A DNA stretch of 64,000 bases from Fonticula alba ATCC 38817 (Eukaryota > Protista > Nucleariida). Location of the stretch: the NCBI GenBank assembly GCA_000388065.2, contig KB932204.1, one strand, 5' to 3'. The notes below the pieces were generated by a model that saw only the letters and a list, made by a program, of their open reading frames with translations, was not told where the DNA came from and searched no databases. Positions 24,501-36,800 of the stretch are shown one piece after another; the first letter of the stretch is position 1; each line of letters opens with the position of its first letter. Both the position numbers and the translations under genes were made by a program.

Positions 24501-26069
24501 TGGCCGCCCGGCTGGATCTCCTGTCGGGCCGGCTGCTGGCTGACGATGGCTTCGAGGAGGGCCCCCCGGTCGAACCGCCGGCCGGCCGGCCCACCGTCAG
24601 CCTCAATTTGCTGGAGCGAATGGTCGGCGATCCCACCCTGCCGGAGCAGGTTCGTGTCAATGCGCTGGCCATTGCCCGCAGCGCCCTGGCCATGGACGCT
24701 TGCAGCGGCGTGTGGGTGCGTTCCGGGCTGCGATTTCCCGCTCCTCCGATGTTCTGCCCTGCTTGGTGTCCCTCCCCCCCCCCCTTCCTGCCCGCACTTT
24801 GCACTGCCCTCGCCTCGCTGCGCCAGCTGCCTCGCATGAGCCGCCTGCTCCGCCGGAATCGCCCATTCCACGCGGCCAGGCAGCCGGCCATGCTCCGCGG
24901 CACCCACCGGGCCCCGCCATCCTGACATCCTCCCGGCTAGAACTTGTCCACGGTCATCACGCTCCTTGGCGGACCTCGGCGGCTGATTAACTTGGCCCTC
25001 ATCGGTGTGGCTTCCATGGGGATTCCCCGCCTGGCCAACGAGGTACGCTGCCCCTGGCCGAGACACATGCATCTTGGTGCTCGCACATTCTGACCCCCTG
25101 GCCGGCGACTGCCGATCGGCCGGACACGCTCACGTCCATGCGCCGGGTCACATGCAGGGGCTGTACCTCTTGTCGAACCTGGCCACAGGCCCGGCCGACG
25201 TGCAGGCCGCCATGTTTGAGCCGCTTTTCCCCGGCTGCCGCCTGGCCCCGGTGGATTATGTGGTTGCCCACTTGTCTGGGCAATTTGGCGAAGACTGGCT
25301 CCCACTCGAGGCTGCCAGTGCGACCGCGGCCCTGGCATCGGCGGCGGCGGGGACCGCGCCAGCCGGGCTCGCGCCCGCCACTCCCCCCGGGCAGGGCACC
25401 AGCGCCGCCGGCGCGCGGCAGGCGCAGCGACTCCTGCTGATCACGGCCCACCGGCGGCTGGCACACATTGTCAACTCGCGGCTGGATGTTCGCCAGGAGG
25501 CCGGCTCACGCAGCCTCAATGTGGCCGCCCTCATGACCCTGGACAACCAACTGGCGGCCATGTGGGTGCTGTACAATCTGTCCTTCCCCCGGCGGACCCT
25601 GGCCGCCGGGGTGGATGTCGTTGGCGAGTGGGCCGATCGGTGTGAGGCCCTCCTCGGCCGGGGGGTCGATCGGCTGATTCAGTCGCTCTGCCTGCGCCGC
25701 GAGGATCGGGTCTCGGTGCCGGAAACACACTCCACCCTGCACGTGTGGCCGGTGCAGCTGGCCCAGGCCGAGGCCAATGACCCCGGGGCACCGAATGCCC
25801 GGCGGCCCGGAGCCCAGCCCGAGGACGCGCCCATGGCCGACATGGCCGATGCCCTGGGAGCCGCGCTGCCTGGAGCCGGGGTCCATGTGCCCTTCGAGGT
25901 GGACTTCATCGACCGGGGGATGCGCCACCGGATGGACATCCCCACCGCCGATGGCCGCTATGCCCACTGCCATCCGCTACATCGCGAAGAGTTCTTCGCG
26001 GTCTACAAGGATCTCATTGACATGGGCCGCAAGGTGCTGGCCAATTTGAAGACCAAGCGCGAGGAGTGA
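18882..26069 (+). CDS. ARMC8: Large multi-exon armadillo-like helical-repeat protein; C-terminal part resembles ARMC8/Vid28 (Gid5, CTLH complex); apparent frameshift near 23680
   Basis: Ordered blocks recall ARMC8: MVATLACSNIAL ~ VASSMLCNLLL; GTWCLRNIC ~ GIWALMNMA; FSMDAILQYI ~ LSTEQLFRLL; EGLYLLSNLATG ~ QTLCILANIADG; QLAAMWVLYNL ~ QLAAMFCISNL. The start codon and N-terminal homology are uncertain. Confidence 0.55.
21522..21668 (+). repeat. Compound (GCCT)n-(GCCC)n microsatellite plus short GC-rich tandem repeat in an intron of the ARMC8-like gene
   Basis: Directly visible tandem units gcct/gccc, then repeated gccaccccgcaccccgcc. Confidence 0.9.
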
Positions 26070-26503
26070 CCCACCGCCGGGGCGGGGGGGAGGGGGGGGG
26101 GGGGGGGAGGGCGAGGGAGGCACGACTGCGCAGCCCTTGCCAGACACATGCGAGGCAGGCCTCCCCACAGGCGCCTCCCGCTAGCTGGGGAATCCGATCG
26201 AATAAACAGCAAGAGGGAGCATCTATTGTGACAATCGGGGCCGCACCCTGGCAGGCGCGCCGCCGAGGCAGGAGGAGGAGGAGGAACAGGCGACGGGGAG
26301 GGTCTCTCGGGTGGGGGAAGAAGATGGCGGGCCAAGAAGTGGGCGCGTGTACGTGCGCACGAGCATGAGCGTCTGTGTCTGTGTGCACAAGCCGCACGGC
26401 CGCCCATGTGTGGGACATAGGAATGCATGACCTTCACACTGTCGCGCAGACACACACACACACACACACAAACGCCTGCGCAGCCCTCCTCCAGGTTGCG
26501 GGA

Positions 26504-29500
26504 CTAGCAGCCATTGCGTGCGGCGATATCGGCAACGGTGGCGGCCCGCTCCGCCGAGCGCATCTGGTCGGCCACCTCCTCAAAGTTGTCGGAGTTCATG
26601 AGCCCAGCCCGGCGGGTCATCTCATAATAGATCCCCCGCTGGGCGATCAGCTCCTCGTGGGTGCCCTGCTCGACCACACGCCGGGCATCCGGCGACATGA
26701 CGCAAATCTGGTCGGCATTGCGGATGGTCGACAGCCGGTGGGCGATGACCAGGGTGGTCGGAGCGGCCGACCCATTGGCGCCACCCCCACCGCCGGCCAT
26801 CAGCGACTCGAGGGCCAACTGCACGGCGGCCTCGGACTCCGGGTCCAGGGCACTGGTGGCCTCATCCAGCACGAGGACCTGCGGCGCCGGGACGATGGCC
26901 CGTGCGATGGCCACCCGCTGACGCTGGCCCCCACTGAGCAGGCCCCCGCGCTCGCCAACCCCGGTGGCATACCCCTCCGGCAGGTGAACCACAAAGCCAG
27001 CGGCATTGGCCGCCAGGGAGGCAGACATGACATCGTAATCCTGCCCGGCGGAGGCATCCGCCAGGGCCGCATCGGCCGCGCGGACAGCCGCGCCGGAGAC
27101 CGCGCGCTCGGTCACATCGCCCTGGGGCCCGGCCTGGGCGACCGCCTCGCTGGCGGCCCTGGTGGCCTTCGAATAGGCGATATTCTCCCCGAGGGTGCGC
27201 GATCCAAAGAGCACCGGGTCCTGGGAAATGTAGCCGATGTGCTGGCGCCACTCGGCAGCCGGCACCGCGGTCAGGGGAATCTCCCCGGCACGGCCATCCG
27301 ACCGGACCAGGAGAATCTCCCCGGCGGTCGGCTCATAGAAGCGCTCCAGCAGGGCCGCCAGGGTGGACTTGCCGGAGCCCGAGGCGCCACACACGGCGGT
27401 CACCTTGCCGGCCGGCAGGCGCAGATCCAGCCCCACCAGCACCGGGGCATCCGGGCGCGAGGGATAGGCGAAGTCCACCCCGCGGAAGAGGATGTCCGCG
27501 CCGGCAAGATCGGCCCGAGCCAAGACCGGGCCCCCGGCCGCCGGGCCCGAGGCCTCGCCACCGAAGGCCGGGTCGCGGCAGAGAGCCAGCACCCGGGCCC
27601 CGGCCCCGAGAGCCTGGTTCACCTCGGCAAAGAGCTTGATCAGGCCGGCCAAATTGGCCTGCACCGATTGCGTGGTCATCAGGAAGGACACCAGAGCACC
27701 GCTGGAGAAGACGCCCTGGAAGAGGGCACCCAGCCGCCCGGCGGCCGACGGCCCGGCCTCCGTGGCCATGGCTGCGGTCGTGGCGGCCGCCTTGGCCGCG
27801 GCCCCGGCCGAATCGATCACCAAGCCACCGCCAATGAAGAGAACCCCCAAATACATGGCATTGAAGGCCAGCGAGGTGAGGGCCCCGAAGGAGGCCATGT
27901 GGAAGCCGAGATCCCGGTGGGCATCGGTCGAGCGGGCCACCGCCTGCGCAAAGCAGGCCAGCTCCAAATCCTCGCCATTGAAGGCCCGGACGGTGCGAAT
28001 GGCAGCCAAGACCTCGGACGCGCGGGCGGCCGCCGCCGCGTCGCCCTGTCGCGCCAGGCGGGACTTTCGCCGCAAAGTCCGGCCATATGAGGCCCCGATG
28101 GCAAAGACCGCCGGCAGCAGGGCAAGCAGCACGCTCGTCAGCGAGGGCGAAAGCAGCACCAGTGTCGACAGCCCGCCCACCGTCTGGGCCGTCAGCCGGA
28201 CGCCATTGGCCAGGATGGACTTGACGGAGGACTTGAACTCCTGGATGTCGCCCGTCAGGCTGGCCACCAGATCGCTGGTGAGGTTCCCATCGTGGAAGGC
28301 AATCGGCCGGTGGAGGAGGTTGTCGAAGAGGCGCTTGCGCAGGCGCTCGGACAAGTTCTCCCCGACAATGGAAACCGCGTAGCCATAGCAGAAGGAGAGG
28401 GAAGCTGCCATTGGGGGTGTTGCGCGAGTGGGACACACACAGACACATATACACAGACGTCAGCGTAGGGGGAGGGGGGGGGGCGGGGGCGGGGGGAGTA
28501 GAAGATCGGAGGGAGGGATGGCGAGGGAGGAGGAGCAAGGCACAAAGCCATCGGGGGGCGGATGATTCCGATGCGAGAAGAGGGCGGCCGGGCTGGGAAG
28601 AGGGGAACCGCATGACGCACCCTGCAGGGAAACAAGGCCCAGGAAGCGCGCGGCCGCGGCATTCAGCTCCGGATACGAGAAGGCATTGGACAGGAGATGT
28701 TGGATCTTCTCAAGGGCCGACTGGTCGGCCAGGGAACCAGCGGAGCCATCCAGCTCGGCCCGGCGCCCGGCACTGTCCGCCAGCGAGCGGAGGATATTCA
28801 GCAGCTGGCCCGAAGCGGCCGGCAGGAGAACCGTCGCCGCGGCCGAGGCGACCGCCGTGGACACCGCCTATGACCGTCCGGAAGAGGACAGGCAAGTCCA
28901 AGGTGCATATGAGTGTGTCTGTGTGTGTTTGTGTTTTTGTGTGCGTGCGTGCGTGCGTGCGTGGGGTCAGAGAAAAAAGCAGGCACGTTGGCAGGGCGGA
29001 ACACAACGTACAAAGAGGAACCACCACTTGTCCAACCAAAGCAGGGAGCAGATCTCGGCCAAAGTCTGACCGGTGGTGGGAGGGGCCGTGGTCTTGGCCA
29101 GAGCCGGGGCTGGGGAGGCCAGATCGGCGGCCGGGTCAGCCGGCTGGCCGGACGCCGAATCAGAAGTCGGGTCCTCCTCGGCAGCGGATTTGGGGGGCAC
29201 CATCTCAGGCACTGCGGCCTGGCCGGAATCCGAGGCGGCGCCATCGGCATCCGAGTCAGGGGCGGCGGTGGGGGCACCGGCGGCCTTGTCATCCGGCGGA
29301 GTCTCGCCTGCATCGCCGGCCTCGACGCCCTGGGCGACGGCATTGTCAGCCTCGGCAGGGGCGATGCCGTCGGCATTGCCGCCTGGGTCGTCCCCGCCAT
29401 CGGCATCGTCGCTGCTCGATGCATACCACTCACCGTCATCACCATCATCATCCTCGACGTCCTCAAGGATGGCGTTCCAGGCCGTTTGGAAGATCGACCG

Positions 29501-29963
29501 AACCGACACCTCCACTGGGACCAGGCTCCCATCGGGGGTCTCGGCGAAGATGGACGCATCCTCCAGGTAGCGATTCGTAAAGGCCGTAGTCATCAGGGCG
29601 CCGATGGTGAAGGCCGCCCCGGTGAAGGCCCAAGACCGCAGAGGGGACACCCCGCGAAGGTAGACCACACGCGGGGGGGCTGGACCAGACACCGGGAGGG
29701 GGATCGACGGTCAGTACCAGACCAGCCCGGGCGGAGGGAAGCCGGCTGTCGAGGGCAAATGCGGCGCATGTATCGCAGGGAAGCAACGAACGGGGAGTGC
29801 TTGGGGGGATTGGGGTCGGGCGACCGCCAAAGGAAACCGCCTGCCGGTTCGGAGCGCGCAACGGGGCGCCCGGGCCGACCTGCGACCGAAGGCTGGAGAG
29901 CCGTGCCGGGTTGCCGGACGGCGACGGAACGGTGCGCAGCCGGGTGAAAGCCCTCCGAAGCAT
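26504..29963 (-). CDS. ABCB8: Mitochondrial ABCB half-transporter, ABCB8-like, 4 exons
   Basis: Presequence MLRRAFTRLR. VGENLSERLRKRLF and LTGDIQEFKSS (ABCB8-type). FAYPSRP, GASGSGKST, LSGGQRQRVAIARA, LDEATSALD, IAHRLST. Confidence 0.9.
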
Positions 29964-30440
29964 TGTTGCAAAGGACTGGACCGGACAATGGACCAGGAAG
30001 AGAGAAAGACGGCAGGGGGAGGGAAGGGCAGGGGGGATGGGGCGGGGGNNNNNNNNNNNNNNNNNNNNNNNNNNNNNNNNNNNNNNNNNNNNNNNNNNNN
30101 NNNNNNNNNNNNNNNNNNNNNNNNNNNNNNNNNNNNNNNNNNNNNNNNNNNNNNNNNNNNNNNNNNNNNNNNNNNNNNNNNNNNNNNNNNNNNNNNNNNN
30201 NNNNNNNNNNNNNNNNNNNNNNNNNNNNNNNNNNNNNNNNNNNNGACGTCGGGGTGTACCGTCCCCGCCCCCTTCCACAGGCCGTGACAGCCTCCTTTGG
30301 TGATGGGAGGCCCCCGAGCCCGGCGCATGGTCGTGCCTTGGTGGGGTGGGCTCCACACACCGGGGCTCCCCCCGGGCCCCTCTCCAGCATGACACTAGCC
30401 CCCCCCCCCCCCCCCCCCCCCTCCCCCCCCCGAGGTCAGT

Positions 30441-32102
30441 ATGATGTTGCTGGCTGGCCGCGCGGTGCGCCTTGCCGACATTCGGCCGGTAGCCGCGCGT
30501 GCCCTCGCCTCACTGGCACCGACGCCGCCGTCGGCGCCGACCGGCTTGCCCGAGCAGCCGGTGACCGTGCGCCAGGCGCGCTTTTCCGGCGGCCAACCAG
30601 CCGCCCGGGCCCCATGTGGCAGCATGGCCCCGGTTAATGTCAATGACCTGCCCGGTCGCCGGGCTCTGCTCCGGCCGGACGAATGGTCGGCCAGGTCGAT
30701 GCGCACCCTACGGCGCTTGCTGCTGCCCGAGGCATATCCCCAAGGCCTGGCTCCCTTCTATTGGGAGTTTAGTAGCTGGCAGTTTGGCCACACAGTTGCC
30801 AGTGCCGCCACGGGCGGTGCGCCTCGCCGCCCTCCTCTGCTCGCGCATACACACTCACTCACTTACACACGCACACGCACGCACACACGCACACACACAC
30901 ACACACACATGTTGGCACTGTTTGCCGATTGACATGCTTTCCTGCCTGGCCATGGGCACTCGGCCCACCTGTGACAGTGCTCTCGATGCAGGCACTTCTC
31001 TTTGCCATGGGCCTGACCGGCAGCACGAATGCCATCGACATCCCACAGGACGCGGTCTTGCCATTGGCGGCCACGCTGAATTGGATCCTCAAAGATGGCC
31101 TTGGCCAGCTGGGGGGCGTTGTGCGTCCGCAACCTGCGCCAGCCAAAGGCCGGATCTCCTCCCTCTTTTGGCCACTCCCCTTCGTGACCTTGCGAGCTGC
31201 CCTTTCTGACACCCCAAACATGTGCCCATCTCCACCTTTCTCCCCTCCCCCCCCCNNNNNNNNNNNNNNNNNNNNNNNNNNNNNNNNNNNNNNNNNNNNN
31301 NNNNNNNNNNNNNNNNNNNNNNNNNNNNNNNNNNNNNNNNNNNNNNNNNNNNNNNNNNNNNNNNNNNNNNNNNNNNNNNNNNNNNNNNNNNNNNNNNNNN
31401 NNNNNNNNNNNNNNNNNNNNNNNNNNNNNNNNNNNNNNNNNNNNNNNNNNNNNNNNNNNNNNNNNNNNNNNNNNNNNNNNCCCCCCCCCCGGCCCCGGCC
31501 CCGGCCCCGGCCCCGGGTCATGCCTTGCCTCTGCGACATGATCGCTCGCAGATCTACGCCGCGGTGTCGGCCCGATCGTTCGACTCGGAACCCAAGCGCC
31601 AGCGCTTCGCCTCCGGAGGCGTGTGGCTCCCGGCGGCCACGCTGCTGGAGTGCACTGCGCCATTGGCGGCGCCGGTGGGGCTCTTCGTTCCGCTGGCCGC
31701 CCTGGCCGGGGCCATGAAGAATGTCTCCTGGATCGCCACGAGTGCCGCGCGGGCACAGCTCCACCGGACAATGACCGCCACGCGCCGGACTGCCCTGCCA
31801 GGCAGCCACACTTCCGGGGGCGAGGGAACGGCCGATGGGGTGGCCCAAAACCTGGGCGATGTAACCGCCAAGGCCGGGGCGCAGACGACATCGGCGGCCA
31901 CCATTGGCACAGGTGTCGGGGTCGGGGCCGGTGCCATTGTCCAGTGGCTGGCTTCCTCCTTCGAGAGTGCGTGCATCGGGCTCCGCAGGGCAACTCGCCG
32001 CATGGAGGCCGGGCAAGTGGGCCAGCCATGCATGCAAACACGCTTCGCACCCACGCACACACACACGCACACACACACGCACACACACACCCACGCACAC
32101 AC

Positions 32103-32169
<67 letters not shown>

Positions 32170-32182
32170 CACACGCACACAC

Positions 32183-32233
<51 letters not shown>

Positions 32234-33022
32234 GAGGGCGAGGCCCCCAAGACACCATGTACACATCCCCATACTGACCTGCTCCCTTGCCATGTAGCCA
32301 CCTTTGCCCTGTCTACTGGGCAGGCGGTGTCGGCCGCGACGCTGGCCGTCTGTGCGCCGCTGCTGGTGCTCAGCACATATGCCCTCTTCCGGTCCAATGC
32401 GTGTGTGGTGTTGGACAACCTGGATGAGCAGCGCTTCCGCCTGGCCATCGGCACCGGGCCGGCCAACTACCGCGCATCCAACCCCGGGCCCCGAGGACAA
32501 GGCCTCGAGTGGCTGGTGGCCCCGGTCCCGACGGTCCTCGGCCCGGCGGCCGTGGCCCGACTTGAGCGCTTTGTCCGGCCAGGGCACCTGGCCGACCGTC
32601 TTGCCGCCAGGGTGGACGTCAATCCCGATGTCAATCAGTGGTTCGATGATCAGGCTGACCCGGCAGACGCCTGGGCCCGGTGCTTCGGATCGGGCCAGGC
32701 CCCCTGCGATCGGCGGTACTTCTTGCATCTCCGGAGCCGGCCGCCGGCATTTGGCCGCGGCCGAGTGGGCCTGTGGCTGGATGCGGCGGCCGGCCCGGCG
32801 GATGTCTTCCGCGGCTACTTGCATGCGAGCCTCCTCGCCAAGGCGCTCGACTCGGCCGGCCCCAGCCCCACGGACGGGGGGGCCAAGCTGATTGCCGAGA
32901 CCGCGGCCGTCCTGCCCCGGTGGCAGGCAGCCTTCCTGGCAGCCGGCTGGCGGCCGCCCAGCGAAGGCGCCGCCGCACATCTGGAGACTGACCCGACTCG
33001 CCGGGTGCATATTAATCGGTAG
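30441..33022 (+). CDS. RUSF1: RUS1/DUF647 (root UVB sensitive, RUSF1/C16orf58) family protein, 4 exons, gap in intron 2
   Basis: LLPEAYPQ, VLSMQALLFAMG, LAATLNWILKDGLGQLG, FDSEPKR, MKNVSW, NLGDVTAKAGAQ. Confidence 0.92.
32048..32232 (+). repeat. Long interrupted (CA)n microsatellite in RUS1 intron 3
   Basis: About 185 nt of CA units with periodic CG interruptions. Confidence 0.95.
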
Positions 33023-33818
33023 ATTGCGCGTGTGCCTCCCCTGTGGGGGGATCCCCCTCCGGCCGTCTTGTGCTCCCGCGAGGCCGGGCGGGAGACTGGT
33101 GGCGGTCCCCGTCTGTGCGCAATGAACCGGGGGCACTCGCCCCGAAACGGTGGGCGAAGAGAATAAATAACAGAACCACATGGCAGTGTGCCCTGCCTTT
33201 CGGCAGCAAGTCAAAGACACCGCACTCAGACCCGTGGGGCGGGGGGGGGGGGGGGCGAAGCGGGGATCTGGGGCGCCCGCGCCATTAAAGGGGAGCCCCG
33301 ACGCCGGGGCGTGATCCCAACGCACCTGCCCGCATGGTCGCGGCCCGCGCGTGTGCGCGTGCGCGTGGGCACCTCTGGCCGCTCCATCGTGGGCGGCCGC
33401 GGCAGGCCGGCCGAGAATCGCTGCCAGCGCGTAGGCAGCAGTTGCCAGGTCTTCTTCACGGCCTCTGCCCTGTCGCCCCCGCCCCCTTCCGCGCTGCTCC
33501 CCTCCCCGAGAATGGGGGCGCGTGTCCGGTCTGTCCACCCGCCGCGGAGGCGGGATCTCCCTCCACCCGGTCCAAAAGGGCCCGCAAACTATCTCCCCTC
33601 CTCCTGGCTCGTGCCATACCCCCTCCCCTACCCCCCTACCCCCTCCCCCCTTCCCCTCTGGCCCTTTGTTGAGCTCTTCCCGCTTCGCCTCCGCCTCTCC
33701 CGTCGCGCCTGCCCGCCCCTCAAGCCGGCGCCCGCAAACACCCTCCCTGTGCTCGGGTGGAGAGCGCCCTCCTCCTCCCACACACTCATACATACATACG
33801 CTAGGAAGTTCCTCTCTG

Positions 33819-36800
33819 ATGAAGGCACCCAAGTATTCCCTCGACCGCATTGGTAGCCTCCATGAGAGCTCAACCAGGCCGGCCGCCGCGTGGGTGGCCG
33901 CTGCCAAGCATGGAATGCACCAGCTCACGGCCGCCAGCCCCGAGCACGGTCACCAGTCGCGCAACCCGCGGAAGCGCTCGCGCTTTAACCCGCCCGAGCC
34001 GGTGATCATCCCTCTCGGAGCCTCAGGCGCGGGATTCGCCCCGCCGGCGTCGACTTCGGTGCCGACGCCCCCCTCCAAGCAGCCGTCCTTCGCCGCAAGT
34101 GAAGGCGACTCGAATGACACCTCCGACAGCGACCATGACCAGGATGAGGCCTCCCCGTCTGCCAGCACCGACGAAACCATCGACCTGTCCGGCCTGGGCG
34201 GCGGGGATCTCACCATCGGCGGCCACGATCTGGTGGACTTGACTATGCTGAAAGTTGCGGCCACTGCGGCGAATGCCGCCGCCGCCGCCGCCGCCGCCAC
34301 GGCTGCTGCCTCCTCCCCCAGAGACTCGGACAATTACATCAGTCTCCTGCCGCTGGAGGTGGATGCCCCGAGGTCTGTGTCTCGGCCAGGCCCCTCGGCC
34401 CGGTCAACAGCCTCCGGACGTGAAGACGGCTCGGCCCCGGCATCACAATCGATGCTCCCCTCGCGGGCGCCCATCTCTCAGCAGATTCCCCCCTGGCACC
34501 GGTCTCTCGGGACGGTCCCCTGCACGACGGCCTTCCAGCGCCAGTCTCGCGAGGGCCTCTTCTTGGCGCCGACCACCATCGGCCAGCCGTATTCCCCGAC
34601 GCTGACCGGTCTGCTTCATGAAGAGATCCTGGACTTCTGCCAGCACATCTCCCCCACCCCGACTGAGCATACCCTCCGCCGATTGATCATTTCCAAGATT
34701 CGCCAAGTGGTCCTGTCCATCTGGCCCGATGCCCGCGTGCACATTTTTGGCAGCCACCAAACCCGGCTCTATTTGCCCTCTGGGTGCGTGGGGCCTGTGT
34801 GACCAGGGGCAATTTGTGCCCGCCTCCCATCTTCCCTCTCTCCATCTCCCCCCAAGAGGGGGGTCCCCCTTTGCCCTCCTCCCTTCTCGCATCACATTCC
34901 CCCGGGGGGGAATATGCATGTCCCCTTGTCTGACATTGCGGTGCCACACAGTGACATTGATCTGGTGGTCATGCTGCCGGAGTATCATCGCGTGCAAACC
35001 CCCCTCCGGCGCCTTAGCCGCATGTTGGAGACGTCTGGCATTGTGAAGAAGATGCAGCTCATCGAAAAGGCTCGAGTACGTGTCAAACACCTGTCTGCCA
35101 TCGGGCTGCGGATGAGCGTGCTCCAAAGGGGGGGGCTTGTGCATATGGTTTTTCTCTGCCCACCCTCTCACGCGCCTGCCTCGCTCCCCCCTCTCCTCCT
35201 CGCCCGACTGCCCCGCCCCCAGGTGCCGATCATCAAGATGGTTGACCGGCTGGCCAATCTCAGCATCGACATCAGGTGCGCGGTGGGCTGCGTCCCCGGT
35301 TTTCAGCTCGCCCTTTTGTCACCCTGCCGGCCTGCATGTGTGCCTCATGCCTCCTAATCGCCACTCTCTCAGCTTCGACATGATTGGCGGTGTCAAAACC
35401 GCTTCCCTGGTCCAAGCCGCCCTGGATCTCTATCCCGGCACCCGGGAGTTGGTGCTGGTCATCAAGCAGTTCCTCACCCAGCGCGGCTGCAATGAAGTGT
35501 TCACCGGTGGCCTGAGCTCCTATGCGGTGACCCTCCTGGTGCTGAGCTTCTTCCAGGTACTTTTCCTCCTTTTTTTTTTCCCCCGGCCAGCCACACGAGC
35601 ACGATACCCTTGCCGGCCGGTTGCACATGTGCTGATGATGATGTCCCACATCCCCTTTGGATTATCTTGCGTGGCCTTTGGTGCTCCTAGATGCACCCGC
35701 AATACCAGGCCGGCTTGGTGGACCCGAAGGACAATCTCGGCCTGGCGCTCATCGAATTCATGGAGCTCTATGGTCGGTCTTTCAATCAGGAGGCCATCGG
35801 CATTTGTGTCCGTGAGGGTGGCTCTTATTACCGGAAGGTGCGCGAAGCCCGTCATTGTCCATGCGACATATCATGCTCGCTGGCAGGACTGACGCCAGCT
35901 GCTGGCTCTTCTCTCTCTCTCTCTTCCTCTCTCTCTCTCTTCCTCTCTCTCTCTTCCTCTCTCTCTCTTCCTCTCTCTCTCTCTCTTCCTCTCCTCGCTT
36001 TCTTTCCTTCTCTCTCTCACCTCCATTGAACCCGCTGACTGAACGCCTCCCCCCTCTCCTTCCTCTCCCTCCATTCCCCTCGCTGCCCTCTTCCTTCACT
36101 CCAAATAGCACCCTCGTGGCTGGGTGGATCGTCGAAATGCGGATCTCTTCTCGCTCGAAGATCCGCAAGACGACTCGAATGACGTTTCACGCGGGTCATA
36201 CAACTCTGGCACCATTCGCATGGCTTTCGAGCATGGTGCGTCTGCTGACCCCTTTCCAGTGGAGATCTTCCCCCCCCCCCCCCCCCCCCCCCCGACCCAC
36301 CCTTCTACTCCCTTCGCCTCTTACAGCAACACGTGCATCGATTGCCCCTCGCTCGTCCACTGACCCTCCTCTTGACATAGCGTTCGAGACCCTCACAGCG
36401 GAAATCCAGCGCTTTTCGAACCAGACCAGCAAAGCTCCTCCGGGCTACTCTCTGCTCCATCGGATCATCCAGTGCGTTGATGTTCACATGCTTCGGGCTT
36501 CGCTTTCCTGGTGGACTTTTGGCCTGACCCTTCCTCGGGTATAGCATTTCCCCGGAGGATCTTGCCCAGCGGGTGAACCTCTTCCGTACGGGCTACCAGC
36601 TGGGCCTGGCCGCTTGCCCATGTCCGGCCATCACCGTTACCCCGCCCAGTGGCGTGGCTTTGGCTGGGGACTTTTCCACGGCCAAGCCCCTTGGCCAACA
36701 ATCTGCCAACACCAAGACCGCTGGCGGTCTGCCGGAGCTGCTGACTCCCGAGAGCCAATCCATCTTGATCAGCGATGCTGACGAAGACCCGGACCCCATT

